The notes: generated by a model not told the origin, from the sequence alone. 64,000 nucleotides of DNA from Chitinophagales bacterium (GCA_046316495.1 JBKDAM010000148.1:2704-66703); one strand, 5' to 3'; positions 1 to 9,657 are shown, counted from the stretch's first letter. Made by a program: numbers and translations.

Positions 1-525
1 TCCTCTTGCGGGGAAGTTTATGGTTCTCAAGAAATACAAGGTGGATAAGACGTCATATACTTTTGAGTGGGTGTGATGCTCTGTTTTGGTTTCTTTATCT
101 CCCTGCTTTTTTGCTCTCCAGACAGTCATTTTGTGCGCTGGTTGGTTGAAGGCAATTTTCTCGAAAATGCGGTATTTTCCTTCGCTGATATCCCGTTCGG
201 AATAATTTGGCAGAAGAGTGGATTTATCTACCCAGGAGTCGTATCGGTCATCTACCCGGTAGAACCATTCATAGGAGGAGTATGTTTTTCCAAAGGCTTG
301 GTAGTGTAACTGAGAGCCTGCATCCCAAACTTTGAAAGTTACTTCACCTGCGGGCATCCAGACAAAGTTCCAGTTGTAATATACTTTGTACACGAGTTCC
401 TCACCATGTTTGAATGGGAGTTCCTTGTCAATGTGTACGCTTTTTTGGGCGGTGCCATGAGCTACCAAGGTCAAAAATACTGCTAGCGCCAGGAAAGATT
501 TTAGGCAGGTTTGGAGCGGGCTCAT
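1..525 (-). CDS. DUF3108-like exported protein, N-terminal 175 codons (gene runs off the left edge)
   Basis: Not in the supplied ORF track because no stop lies inside the window. Own translation of the minus strand from ATG 525-523 gives MSPLQTCLKSFLALAVFLTLVAHGTAQKSVHIDKELPFKHGEELVYKVYYNWNFVWMPAGEVTFKVWDAGSQLHYQAFGKTYSSYEWFYRVDDRYDSWVDK... I checked the frame codon by codon and it is open to base 1. A signal-peptide-like N-terminus is followed by the GEEL-Y-V-Y...AG..F opening I associate with DUF3108. Confidence 0.6.
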   Translation of the reverse strand, partial: MSPLQTCLKSFLALAVFLTLVAHGTAQKSVHIDKELPFKHGEELVYKVYYNWNFVWMPAGEVTFKVWDAGSQLHYQAFGKTYSSYEWFYRVDDRYDSWVDKSTLLPNYSERDISEGKYRIFEKIAFNQPAHKMTVWRAKKQGDKETKTEHHTHSKVYDVLSTLYFLRTINFPARG

Positions 526-1552
526 TTTTGTAGTTAACGGATTTGGAAATGTTGACGTAAAATAGGGAAACAGTTCCAATAAACGCTGGGATAACTAGAT
601 TTATTACCCAGAGTGAAAAAGTGGCTGCTAGAGCAGCCAGTTCATTGGCATCGAAATAGCCCCATAGAAATACAGCTAGATTTCCGCGGGCTACCAATCC
701 AGTCAATGGAGGAAGTGGTAGGCTGGTTTGTAGTAAATAAAGAGAAAAAATGCCAGAAAACCCCTCGACAATTCCGGGGTTAATGTTAAAAAAGCGAAGT
801 AAGAAGAAGTATTGTGATGAATAAATGGCATATCTGACGGCGGCCCAGCCCAAAATTTCGGCACGTTCTTTTCGGGTAAACCGCAGGAAAAGCTCAACTC
901 GTATTTTATTAAGGTAGGGAATTTTTTTAAGTTGTGGCAGGCGGGTTTTTAGCCAGATGATTACTAGGTCCAATTTGAAGTATATCCAAAGCATGAATAC
1001 AAACCCCAACGTTGCGAAGAGAACGACTGCAATACCCGAAGTTGCCTCGACAATCTGAAAGTGAGACAGGATCCATATACTGCCGATGGCACCCATACCT
1101 AGTAAGACCATGTACTGGCAGAAGTTACCGATTAAGTTGGCGACAACAGCAAACCATTGATTTTCTGGACGGACATACAGGATACGTCCTCCGTACTCTC
1201 CTACTCTATTGGGCGTAAAAAGGGAGAAGGTTACGCCAGTGAAAACCGCCAAGAGGGCCTTTCGCCTTGAGAATGGTTGGAACTTTGCAATAAACTGATG
1301 CCACTTTTTTGTTTCGGCCATCCAGTTTAGGGGCATCAGGAGGGTTGCTAGGAGAAGCCATAAGACATTTGCTCCATGAAGCTGATGCAAGAAGGTGTCC
1401 CAAATTTGTTGAAGATTGTTTCTACTAGTCAGCTCAAAATACAGCACAAGTAGTAAAAGGCTAGCCACCCCAGTCTTTACTAAGAGACCTAGCCACTTGT
1501 TATCAGAGATAAAGGCACCCGCTTTTATGATTACTTTTTGTGTGAAGTGCAT
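428..1552 (-). CDS. Flippase-like / lysylphosphatidylglycerol-synthase transmembrane-domain family membrane protein (UPF0104-type)
   Basis: 374 aa, strongly hydrophobic with multiple predicted helices. It carries the motif FTPNRVGEYGGR characteristic of this family. Its 3' end overlaps the start of the DUF3108-like gene by 98 nt. Confidence 0.6.
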   Translation of the reverse strand: MHFTQKVIIKAGAFISDNKWLGLLVKTGVASLLLLVLYFELTSRNNLQQIWDTFLHQLHGANVLWLLLATLLMPLNWMAETKKWHQFIAKFQPFSRRKALLAVFTGVTFSLFTPNRVGEYGGRILYVRPENQWFAVVANLIGNFCQYMVLLGMGAIGSIWILSHFQIVEATSGIAVVLFATLGFVFMLWIYFKLDLVIIWLKTRLPQLKKIPYLNKIRVELFLRFTRKERAEILGWAAVRYAIYSSQYFFLLRFFNINPGIVEGFSGIFSLYLLQTSLPLPPLTGLVARGNLAVFLWGYFDANELAALAATFSLWVINLVIPAFIGTVSLFYVNISKSVNYKNEPAPNLPKIFPGASSIFDLGSSWHRPKKRTH

Positions 1553-1734
1553 ATTGCTGTTGCAAAGGTACGGTATAATACACTGAGTTGTCGGAAGCTG
1601 GCTGTGTTGGATAGAAGATAAAAAAGATTGAGATAGCTAGTTAGCGTTGTGATTTAATGCAAACAGCTGATTTTTGTGTTGGGTCAAACATTAAGGCTGT
1701 ACCTTTGTTTCTAGGAGAATAAATAATAATAAAA

Positions 1735-2883
1735 GTGAAGAAAGAATTAACGGATTTGTTGGACCGGGCGCTACGGTCTGATTGGTTGACACCAGAAGAA
1801 GGGGTGGCTTTGTTTGAAGGGGCTCCAACTGCAGATTTAATGTTTGTGGCGAATCGGTTGAGAAAGGAGCGTGTCCCTGGTAATAAGGTAACATGGATTA
1901 TTGATCGAAATTCGAATACCACGAATGTGTGTATTGCAAACTGTAAGTTTTGCAATTTTTATAGGAGGCCTGGTCACGACGAGGCCTATATTACTAGTAT
2001 TGATGCTTACAGGCAGAAGATTGACGAGTTATTTGAGTTAGGTGGAGAACAATTGTTGTTACAAGGGGGGCACCATCCGGATCTTGGTTTGGCGTTTTAT
2101 ACTGATTTGTTCAGGAAATTAAAGGAGTTATATCCGAGCTTAAAGCTGCATGCCTTAGGTCCTCCGGAAATTGCCCATATTTCCAAGTTGGAAGGGATGA
2201 GTCATTTTGAGGTGTTGAGGGCTTTACAGGAGAGTGGTTTGGATTCATTGCCTGGTGCGGGAGCTGAGATACTAAGTGATCGGGTTCGGAGGTTGATTTC
2301 AAAGGGCAAATGTGGAGGAGAAGAGTGGCTCAATGTGATGAGGGCCGCCCACCAGCTGAATCTAACGACCTCTTCAACCATGATGTTTGGGCATATAGAA
2401 ACCAATTTAGAGCGTTTTGAGCACTTAGCAGCCATGCGTCAGGTTCAATCTGAAAAACCTGTTGGTTCAAAAGGGTTTATTGCTTTTATTCCTTGGCCAT
2501 TTCAGGATGAGGATACCATTTTGAAAAAAATAAAGCGCGCTCGAAACGCAGTAACGGGGGATGAGTATGTTCGAATGATTGCAATGAGTCGTATTATGTT
2601 ACCTAATATACAAAATATTCAAGCCTCTTGGTTAACCGTAGGTAAGCAGGTGGCTCAAATATGCTTGCACGCTGGTGCAAATGATTTTGGGTCAATTATG
2701 ATTGAGGAGAACGTTGTTTCTGCTGCGGGTGCTCGGTTTCGATTTACTGCAGATGGTATTCAACAGTCCATCCGGGAGGCGGGGTATGAGCCTCAGCTGA
2801 GGAACCAGCAATATGAGTTCAGGGAGCTGCCTGTTAATATTAGACAGCAAGAGTTAGATCGTTCTTCTATGATTGTTGATTAA
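1735..2883 (+). CDS. Radical-SAM enzyme of the CofH/MqnC/MqnE branch (futalosine-pathway menaquinone biosynthesis, MqnC- or MqnE-like)
   Basis: 382 aa with a GTG start. It has the CxxxCxxC cluster motif CIANCKFCNF and a C-terminal GANDFGSIMIEENVVSAAG block typical of this branch. I cannot separate MqnC from MqnE by eye. Confidence 0.7.
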   Translation: MKKELTDLLDRALRSDWLTPEEGVALFEGAPTADLMFVANRLRKERVPGNKVTWIIDRNSNTTNVCIANCKFCNFYRRPGHDEAYITSIDAYRQKIDELFELGGEQLLLQGGHHPDLGLAFYTDLFRKLKELYPSLKLHALGPPEIAHISKLEGMSHFEVLRALQESGLDSLPGAGAEILSDRVRRLISKGKCGGEEWLNVMRAAHQLNLTTSSTMMFGHIETNLERFEHLAAMRQVQSEKPVGSKGFIAFIPWPFQDEDTILKKIKRARNAVTGDEYVRMIAMSRIMLPNIQNIQASWLTVGKQVAQICLHAGANDFGSIMIEENVVSAAGARFRFTADGIQQSIREAGYEPQLRNQQYEFRELPVNIRQQELDRSSMIVD

Positions 2884-2918
2884 TCTATGATTATTTTGAG
2901 GGGTAAATGATGCGAGTA

Positions 2919-4916
2919 TTATCGCATGTATTCCCATGCAGTCTGGTAGCGCCCGTTTTTTTCGCAGTATTCTAGGAGGGCTTGGTAGAATTTATTATTT
3001 CCGATGGTAGACGAATCTCCCACCATCACGAGCAGTTTTTTTGCTCTTGTCATGGCAACGTTCATTCTTCTGTAATCGGATAGAAAACCGATTTCATTTT
3101 TTGTATTGGATCGAACCAGGCTTATGTAGATAACATCTCGCTCTTGTCCTTGGAATCCATCAATGGTATTGAGGGTAATGGGCGCGTATTTTTTCTGACT
3201 GCTTTGGTATGGGGCATTTGTAGTAGAGCGAACCATCATTTCTCCTAGAATAGGATCGTTTCTAAGGGTTTCTTCTAGGAAGTTTATTTGCTCTCTGTAG
3301 GGTGACAGGATTCCGATGTCAGGGTAATTGCCAGAGTGTTCAAAGGCAGCGATTAGTTGAAGGAGGTGCTCCCGAAGTAGGAGGGCTTCTTCTTGATTGT
3401 AGCGACTTTGCGCTCTTGCATTGGCGGTGGTTATCATTTTTTCTTCAAATCCACAGCCGGCTGTATCGACGAATACGACTGGGTCAAAGACGGTTAGTGT
3501 TTCACCGGCTTCATCCAGGCTAAGGAGTCTTCTTTCGCTGACGATCTTTGCGGCATTTAGCTGTCCCCCGTAGAACCAGTTGTTAGAGAAGTTCATGATG
3601 GCTTGGTTCATTCGGTACTGAGTTTGTAGGAGGAAGACGCGAGTTGGAAGGAGTGTGATTGCTCGTTCAATAAGCGTTTGATTAAAACCGCCTTTAGCTG
3701 CGTCGCGCGATTTTACAGTTGGAGGGAGTTGGAATGGGTCACCTGCTAGAATGAGCCTACTGCATTTAGCGATCGGTATCCAGCAGGCTGGTTCGAGAGC
3801 CTGTGCTGCTTCGTCTATAATACAGGTTCTAAATTTGTATCGATTTAATATTGGATTGGCGGCACCAACGAGGGTGCAAACGATCGCGTTAGCCCCTGAA
3901 AGTATTTCATCCACTAGTCTGTCTTCTAATGTTTGGGCCCAAGCATCCAACTCCTTAGCCTGTTCTTTGAGTTGGTTTCTTTCTCTTCTTTCTTCACTGC
4001 CAAATGTACGCTTGAACCGTAGTGCTTGTCGGCGGTATTCTGCGGCTTGAAGTTTTACCTTACGTATGTTTTTACTTTCCGGGTGGTTGGATAACAAGGC
4101 TTCCAGCGTGTGTTCCATTACTGCATCGTCTACACGGCTTATATTGCCTATTCGAACGACCTGTAGTCCTTTTTCGGCGATTCGTTCGGTGAGTAGATCG
4201 GCTGCGGTATTGCTTGGTGCTGTAACTAAAATGGTATTTTCGCGTTGGGCGAGTTGCTGTACGGCTGCTACAACGGTGGTTGTTTTGCCTGTCCCGGGAG
4301 GTCCGTGAATAATAACTATATCCCTATTAGCTAGTATTGCCTCGATGGCTGTTTGTTGGGAGGAGTTAAGCTCGGACGGTGATCTGTCGTCGTTTACGGG
4401 GGACAGTGGAGGTGCTTGGTCTTCTGGTTTCGGTTCAGTTAGTAGTCTTCGAAATTCAGAGAGGCGATCGCCTTTTGCTGAGATCACCCTTGAGAGTGCC
4501 TGTTCCATTTCCCGATAGGTCCTATCATCGAAGAGCATGTCTACTCCAAGTAGTCCAAACTCGATCCAGTCTGGAACTTCTTTAGAGTTGAGGACAATTT
4601 TCATTTTATTTCGCTCAATGAAGTTGATTACCCCCGTTTTTTCTGGACTGTTTACATGGGCGGCTTGAGAGAAGAACCGAACGGACATTCCACTACGCAA
4701 TTGGTGTGGTTGGTTTAGGTTATTAGTTCGTTCTACTACGATAAATGCTTTTTCTCCTAGGGCAAATCCTGCCTGAATTACTTTAAGGGGGTACCAGGTG
4801 TAGCCCTCTCTGACTCGCTCTTGGAGAGGGCGTTGCTGGACTAACTGAATAAATTGAGCTAGGTCCTCCTCTTTTTCTTGTTGGAGGAGGGATTTTAATG
4901 TTTCAAAGTGCTTCAT
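2919..4916 (-). CDS. Superfamily-1 helicase, Upf1/IGHMBP2 (DNA2/NAM7)-like
   Basis: 665 aa. SF1 motifs present: GPPGTGKTT (Walker A), IIDEAAQ (Walker B), LAGDPFQLPP, GFQGQERDVIYISLVRSN and MNVAMTRAK. The N-terminal region of about 190 aa precedes the ATPase core, as in IGHMBP2-type proteins. Confidence 0.8.
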   Translation of the reverse strand: MKHFETLKSLLQQEKEEDLAQFIQLVQQRPLQERVREGYTWYPLKVIQAGFALGEKAFIVVERTNNLNQPHQLRSGMSVRFFSQAAHVNSPEKTGVINFIERNKMKIVLNSKEVPDWIEFGLLGVDMLFDDRTYREMEQALSRVISAKGDRLSEFRRLLTEPKPEDQAPPLSPVNDDRSPSELNSSQQTAIEAILANRDIVIIHGPPGTGKTTTVVAAVQQLAQRENTILVTAPSNTAADLLTERIAEKGLQVVRIGNISRVDDAVMEHTLEALLSNHPESKNIRKVKLQAAEYRRQALRFKRTFGSEERRERNQLKEQAKELDAWAQTLEDRLVDEILSGANAIVCTLVGAANPILNRYKFRTCIIDEAAQALEPACWIPIAKCSRLILAGDPFQLPPTVKSRDAAKGGFNQTLIERAITLLPTRVFLLQTQYRMNQAIMNFSNNWFYGGQLNAAKIVSERRLLSLDEAGETLTVFDPVVFVDTAGCGFEEKMITTANARAQSRYNQEEALLLREHLLQLIAAFEHSGNYPDIGILSPYREQINFLEETLRNDPILGEMMVRSTTNAPYQSSQKKYAPITLNTIDGFQGQERDVIYISLVRSNTKNEIGFLSDYRRMNVAMTRAKKLLVMVGDSSTIGNNKFYQALLEYCEKNGRYQTAWEYMR

Positions 4917-4933
4917 GTTGAACCGAGGTTAGG

Positions 4934-5323
4934 TTACTCCTCTGTGGTTCTCAAACGAGCGATGGTTTCTGGTTGCTCGAGGAGCTCTTGCATGAATACG
5001 AGCATAATTTTGAAGTTGTCAGGGTCATCGGTCCAGATGACGCATAAATCTTCTTCTGATTCTCCGATCATTTTTGATTCAAGGAAAGGGTTTTGCTCTT
5101 TAATGAAGGCCCTGATGATATCTTCCCATTCATAGCCATCAATGTCATCGTACTCATCAAGGATCGGGAAAGAGGCTTCGTAGCTAATTTTATCCAGTCC
5201 TTTGTAGTGAGTTTCTTCTACCGTTATTAGGAATGGTTCGAAGAGGTCATTTTCCCAAAAGCCTTCGTCTTTCAGAATGATAAGCAGGTTACTGGGGAAT
5301 TTTAGGTTTTCAACCTTTTTCAT
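4934..5323 (-). CDS. Small, strongly acidic hypothetical protein (129 aa)
   Basis: Clean ORF between two helicase genes, 53 nt and 17 nt from its neighbours and on the same strand. By my count it has 32 D/E against 12 K/R. I recognise no family motif. Confidence 0.55.
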   Translation of the reverse strand: MKKVENLKFPSNLLIILKDEGFWENDLFEPFLITVEETHYKGLDKISYEASFPILDEYDDIDGYEWEDIIRAFIKEQNPFLESKMIGESEEDLCVIWTDDPDNFKIMLVFMQELLEQPETIARLRTTEE

Positions 5324-5376
5324 TACGATAAAATGTCTGTTGTTTTTGTTTGCAAACGTACGTGAAAAAAAGTATG

Positions 5377-8370
5377 TTAGGATAGTAATTCTTCTATATC
5401 TGCTCTAGTGAAGGCTGGTATTTCTCCTTCGGCGGCAAATAACGCTTGTCCGAGTGATTTTTTTCGCAATTGCATTGCTCTAATTTTTTCTTCGATTGAA
5501 TTGCGGCTAATAAATCGGATGGCGTGGACCGATTGTTTTTGGCCGATTCGGTGAGCTCTCGCGATAGCTTGATCTTCTGCTGCGGGGTTCCACCAAGGGT
5601 CTAATAAGAAGACATAACTAGCGGAGGTAAGATTAAGGCCGACTCCACCAGCTTTGATTGAGCAAAAAAACGCTTGTATTTGCTTGTTGTTTTGAAAGGT
5701 ATGAATGATGCCTTCTCGTTCGGAGGCAGGAGTGGATCCGGTGAGCCAGCAATAGGGTATTTGTGCCTGGTCGAATTGCTTTTTATAAAGCTGGAGGTGT
5801 TTGGTAAAGCTACTAAAGAAGAGCACCTTGTGTCCATCTTTTTGGAGGGTTTCCCATTGGGCCAAGACGTCTTCTATTTTTCCTGCATCACCTGAATATT
5901 GATCATTTTCCAAGATGGGGTGATTAGCTATTTGTCTCAGTTTTGTTAGGGACTGAATAGCTAATAGTCTAGTTTTGGGGTCATCAAACAGTTGTAAAAT
6001 TTCATTTCGGACTGCAGACTTTACCTCCTCGTACCGGCTTTGTTGCTTGCTGGTCATTTCCGAAAAAAACAATTGTTCTGTGAGAGGAGGCAAGTCTGGG
6101 GTAACCTCCTCTTTTGTCCTGCGTAAAAAGAATGGTCGTACTCTTTTAAAGAGACGTTCTTTAGCAGACTCATCATTAAACCGTTCTATTGGAATTTGAA
6201 ATTCTTCTTTAAATTTTGGATATGAGCCTAATATGGCGGGATTAATAAACTCCATCTGTGTCCAGAGGTCAGCAAGGGAGTTTTCGATTGGGGTGCCTGA
6301 GAGTGAAATTTTGTGAGGGGCATCCAGGCTTCTAACCACTTTTGAAATTTCGGATTCGCGGTTTTTAATTTGTTGGCTTTCATCTAGGATAATGAAAGAC
6401 CATTTGATTTTGCGAAGCATCTCAATATCTTGTCTGGCGGTGTGATAAGTAGTTAGTACCACATCATGGAATGCGAGTGCGCGTGGGTCCTTTTCTCTTT
6501 GTGGGCCTGTATGTATGCGAACAAAAAGAGATGGGGCAAATTTAGACAGTTCGTTTTTCCAGTTGAAAACGAGGGATGCGGGTAAAATGAGAAGTGCTGG
6601 TTGTCGAGTATGTATAGGCGCTGCTGAGGGTTTGGTTGGGTATTCTGTGGTATTAACCGGTGGGGCTTCTAGTATGGGCGCGAACAGGTCTAGTTGGAGG
6701 CCAAGTCCCGAAGGAGTGGGAGTAGGCATTGTTGCTTCTACCTGTGATGGTTCGGGGTGTTGGTTTTTTGCAAAAAGGAGTAATGCGATGGTTTGGAGTG
6801 TTTTTCCAAGGCCCATAGAGTCTGCCAGACAGGCTCCAAATCCATGTTGATAGTGTCCAATTAGCCATTTAACCCCATAAATCTGATAGGGTCTCAATGT
6901 TGCCTTTAAGGAGTTGTCTGGAGTATAGTCAATCTGGTTGGGGTCGATTACGGGGAAGTCTTCCGCTGTATTTACCATTTCTTCCTCAAGCAGCGTAAAA
7001 AGAGCTTTAGGCAATCTGTACCCTGATTCATTGATTTGAAGCGCTTTTGCTAGTTCTGAGTAGCGGGTGAACCACTCTTCTGGTATTAAGAAGGTAGAGC
7101 CATCTGGCAGGGGGAAGAGCGGGTCGTTTTTTTGAAGAAAAGGCACAAGTTCTTTGAAAGGAAAGACAAAAGGTCCGGCAGTAACAAGTCCATTGACGTC
7201 AAACCAATCGGTGGATGTATCGGTTTGGATTTGGATAGATCCAGTGATTAATGCTATTTTTCTTCCATTTATTTCGGGTGGTATGATGTGGAATCCAGCA
7301 TCTTTTAGTGAGTGACTGTTTTTGTTTAACCAAGTTATCCACCAAAGAAGGGCAGCGTTGTTTTTAATGCCGTACTCTGGCACGAATACCTTTCCGAGTA
7401 TTTGCACATTTAATTTTTCAAGTTTTGCTATCAGGTCTGCTTCGCGTGTGGTGTCCCGAATCACTTTCTTTACAACCACTTGGTCGGTACTATCTTGGAA
7501 TTCTACGGTAGTCGTGTTATTTCTTTTTTCTCCTAGTTCGAAACGAGTATGTTCATATTCAAATATTGGCTTTAATACCCAGGTGTTTTGAATGACATCT
7601 TCAATTGGCTCGAGGAGGGCTTTTTTCAGGGTATTTGTAGTTTGGATTTCAAAGCCTTCTGCTTCGATTTGATTTCTTCCGGCGTTTCTGGCGATAAATT
7701 TTTTAAAATAGACCTTTACTTGCTCTGGGGGAATGTGTATTACGGGCTTGTTTCGGAAAGGATTGACCATGAATCCATTAATGCCGGGTATTTGGAAAAG
7801 GGAGTGGCCAACTAACACCCAGGCTGGGTCGGTATTAGTAAGCGCGATGGTATATTGGCTACTTATTGGCCATTTTTCGGATTCGGTTCCTAGCTGGAGT
7901 TGGTACTCAATTCCGTCTTCTTTTTTTACGAAAGACAGATGAGGGATGAGGGCTGTTGTTTGGGTTTGGATTTTAACGTCCTTAACTAAGGATTTTTTTT
8001 CTGGGTGTAATGCTAGGTGGAAGTTGTTTTTTACTATTTCAGATAGAAAGGAAGACAAGTGTCTAAAGATATACCCATCTACGGTTGATTTGGTTGGGTT
8101 TTGGTTTTTGATGAGTTCGTTAAGCGGGGTAATTGTTTTACTTTTTGCAGTTTTGAAGTGCTGTTCAATTGCTTTGGGAGAAAGTATTTCAATGGTTTGG
8201 AATAGGCGGGCGATGGCTGGGGTTATTTCAATTTGATAGGGTTGGCAAGTGGCTTCGGTGGCGCGTTGGCTAAGATAGGTAAGGTTGCCTTCTTTATCTG
8301 TTTGAACTAGCCAAGCGGCTGGTAGAAATAGGTAATCAGAATAGGGATAAAGACTAAATACGATTTGCAT
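5377..8370 (-). CDS. SNF2-family ATPase/helicase with a long N-terminal region
   Basis: 997 aa. The C-terminal half carries LADSMGLGKT, ILDESQQIKN (DExx box), LSGTPIENSL and QAIARAHRIGQ. The N-terminal region of about 480 aa has no motif I recognise. Confidence 0.85.
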   Translation of the reverse strand: MQIVFSLYPYSDYLFLPAAWLVQTDKEGNLTYLSQRATEATCQPYQIEITPAIARLFQTIEILSPKAIEQHFKTAKSKTITPLNELIKNQNPTKSTVDGYIFRHLSSFLSEIVKNNFHLALHPEKKSLVKDVKIQTQTTALIPHLSFVKKEDGIEYQLQLGTESEKWPISSQYTIALTNTDPAWVLVGHSLFQIPGINGFMVNPFRNKPVIHIPPEQVKVYFKKFIARNAGRNQIEAEGFEIQTTNTLKKALLEPIEDVIQNTWVLKPIFEYEHTRFELGEKRNNTTTVEFQDSTDQVVVKKVIRDTTREADLIAKLEKLNVQILGKVFVPEYGIKNNAALLWWITWLNKNSHSLKDAGFHIIPPEINGRKIALITGSIQIQTDTSTDWFDVNGLVTAGPFVFPFKELVPFLQKNDPLFPLPDGSTFLIPEEWFTRYSELAKALQINESGYRLPKALFTLLEEEMVNTAEDFPVIDPNQIDYTPDNSLKATLRPYQIYGVKWLIGHYQHGFGACLADSMGLGKTLQTIALLLFAKNQHPEPSQVEATMPTPTPSGLGLQLDLFAPILEAPPVNTTEYPTKPSAAPIHTRQPALLILPASLVFNWKNELSKFAPSLFVRIHTGPQREKDPRALAFHDVVLTTYHTARQDIEMLRKIKWSFIILDESQQIKNRESEISKVVRSLDAPHKISLSGTPIENSLADLWTQMEFINPAILGSYPKFKEEFQIPIERFNDESAKERLFKRVRPFFLRRTKEEVTPDLPPLTEQLFFSEMTSKQQSRYEEVKSAVRNEILQLFDDPKTRLLAIQSLTKLRQIANHPILENDQYSGDAGKIEDVLAQWETLQKDGHKVLFFSSFTKHLQLYKKQFDQAQIPYCWLTGSTPASEREGIIHTFQNNKQIQAFFCSIKAGGVGLNLTSASYVFLLDPWWNPAAEDQAIARAHRIGQKQSVHAIRFISRNSIEEKIRAMQLRKKSLGQALFAAEGEIPAFTRADIEELLS

Positions 8371-8498
8371 TAATTATGATTCGATTAAGTGAGCGGGGAG
8401 TGATGAAGGGAATGGTTTATGATGCCTGTTTTCTGAAAGGTTGTTTGATGTTTGAGCGGTCAAAGTAAAAAAAGTGTGTTGTAAAAGGCAGTTTTAAT

Positions 8499-8506
8499 TA
8501 CATTTG
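8499..8506 (+). promoter_or_regulatory. Candidate Bacteroidota -7 promoter element (TAnnTTTG) upstream of accA
   Basis: TACATTTG lies 138 nt upstream of the accA ATG, with a TTG about 20 nt further upstream. This is a motif match only. Confidence 0.25.
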
Positions 8507-8643
8507 CGGGCTATTATTGAAAGAAGAGCCTAAACCCCCTCGATTTTGCCGCAAAAATGGTAAAATATTAAAAAACGGTGTTGGGTTATGGTATCTTAGC
8601 TTTCATTTTTGGGTAAATTATTCCTCACCAACCCTAATTTGGT

Positions 8644-9657
8644 ATGGCAACGACTTTTATGGATTTTGAAAAGCCCTTGGAAACCCTTTATGAGCAGCTG
8701 GAAAAGCTCAAAGAAGTTGGGGAACAAGGTGAAGTTGATGTGACGGTGATGGTTAGTGAGCTTGAGCAAAAGATTGCGGCGAAGAAGGAAGAGATTTATT
8801 CCAGCCTAACTGGGTGGCAGAAGGTACAGTTAAGTCGTCATCCAGAGCGACCGTATACACTTTATTATGTGACGACTATGTGCAGCAAGTTCATAGAGCT
8901 ACACGGTGATCGGTATGCTGGTGATGACAAGGCGATTGTAGGAGGCTTAGCTGATTTTGGTGGTCAGACGGTTATGGTGATAGGTCACCAGAAGGGGGTG
9001 AACACCAAGATGCGGCAATATCGAAATTTTGGTATGGCGAACCCCGAGGGGTATCGGAAAGCACTTCGATTGATGAAATTGGCGGAGCGCTTTGGGTATC
9101 CGGTTGTGACGCTTATTGATACTCCTGGTGCGTTTCCTGGTTTAGAGGCGGAACAGCGCGGGCAAGCAGAGGCAATTGCGAGGAATTTGTTTGAGATGGC
9201 ACAATTAAAAGTTCCGATCATTTGTTACGTTATTGGGGAGGGCGCCTCAGGTGGAGCACTGGGAATTGGACTTGGGGATCGAGTATTTATGTTGGAGCAT
9301 ACCTGGTATTCTGTTATCTCTCCGGAGAATTGCTCGACTATTTTGTGGCGGTCTTGGGAGTTTAAGGAGAAGGCTGCTGAGGCACTTCGTTTGGATGCTG
9401 ACTCGATGTTATCATTTGGCTTAATAGACGGAATTGTAAGGGAGCCTTTAGGAGGAGCTCACAATGCACCAGAGAAGATGGCGATGGACTTGCGGGGGCA
9501 TATTATGGAGCAGTTGGCAGAGCTGATGCCGCAAGATCCGGAGGTTCGGATTGTGAATCGGATTCACAAATATGAGCAGATGGGTCGGTATACTTACTTG
9601 TCTGCCTTGGAAGAAGCAGAGGCAGAGCGGAAGCCCAAATCAAAATCAGCGAAGTAA
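8644..9657 (+). CDS. accA: Acetyl-CoA carboxylase carboxyltransferase subunit alpha
   Basis: 337 aa. The block [26 protein letters not shown] and the overall layout match AccA. Confidence 0.9.
   Translation: MATTFMDFEKPLETLYEQLEKLKEVGEQGEVDVTVMVSELEQKIAAKKEEIYSSLTGWQKVQLSRHPERPYTLYYVTTMCSKFIELHGDRYAGDDKAIVGGLADFGGQTVMVIGHQKGVNTKMRQYRNFGMANPEGYRKALRLMKLAERFGYPVVTLIDTPGAFPGLEAEQRGQAEAIARNLFEMAQLKVPIICYVIGEGASGGALGIGLGDRVFMLEHTWYSVISPENCSTILWRSWEFKEKAAEALRLDADSMLSFGLIDGIVREPLGGAHNAPEKMAMDLRGHIMEQLAELMPQDPEVRIVNRIHKYEQMGRYTYLSALEEAEAERKPKSKSAK

Noticed and set aside
67-309. 80-aa plus-strand ORF from the supplied track
   Set aside because: It lies entirely antisense to the open 175-codon DUF3108-like frame (1..525, minus). 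That frame has a signal peptide and a recognisable family motif. The plus ORF has odd, Phe/Val/Gly-rich composition.
1563-1707. 9-bp inverted repeat (CAAAGGTAC ... GTACCTTTG) in the spacer upstream of the radical-SAM gene
   Set aside because: A 9-mer inverted match within about 180 nt has a chance probability of a few percent. There is no T-run, nested pairing or other support.
2919-8370. Assigning the helicase trio to a named defence system (DISARM, Zorya, Mokosh, Hachiman)
   Set aside because: The diagnostic partners are absent: DrmA/B/C plus methylase, ZorA/B, a PLD nuclease, and HamA. Both helicases look like conserved chromosomal genes. I kept it only as an open-ended candidate module.
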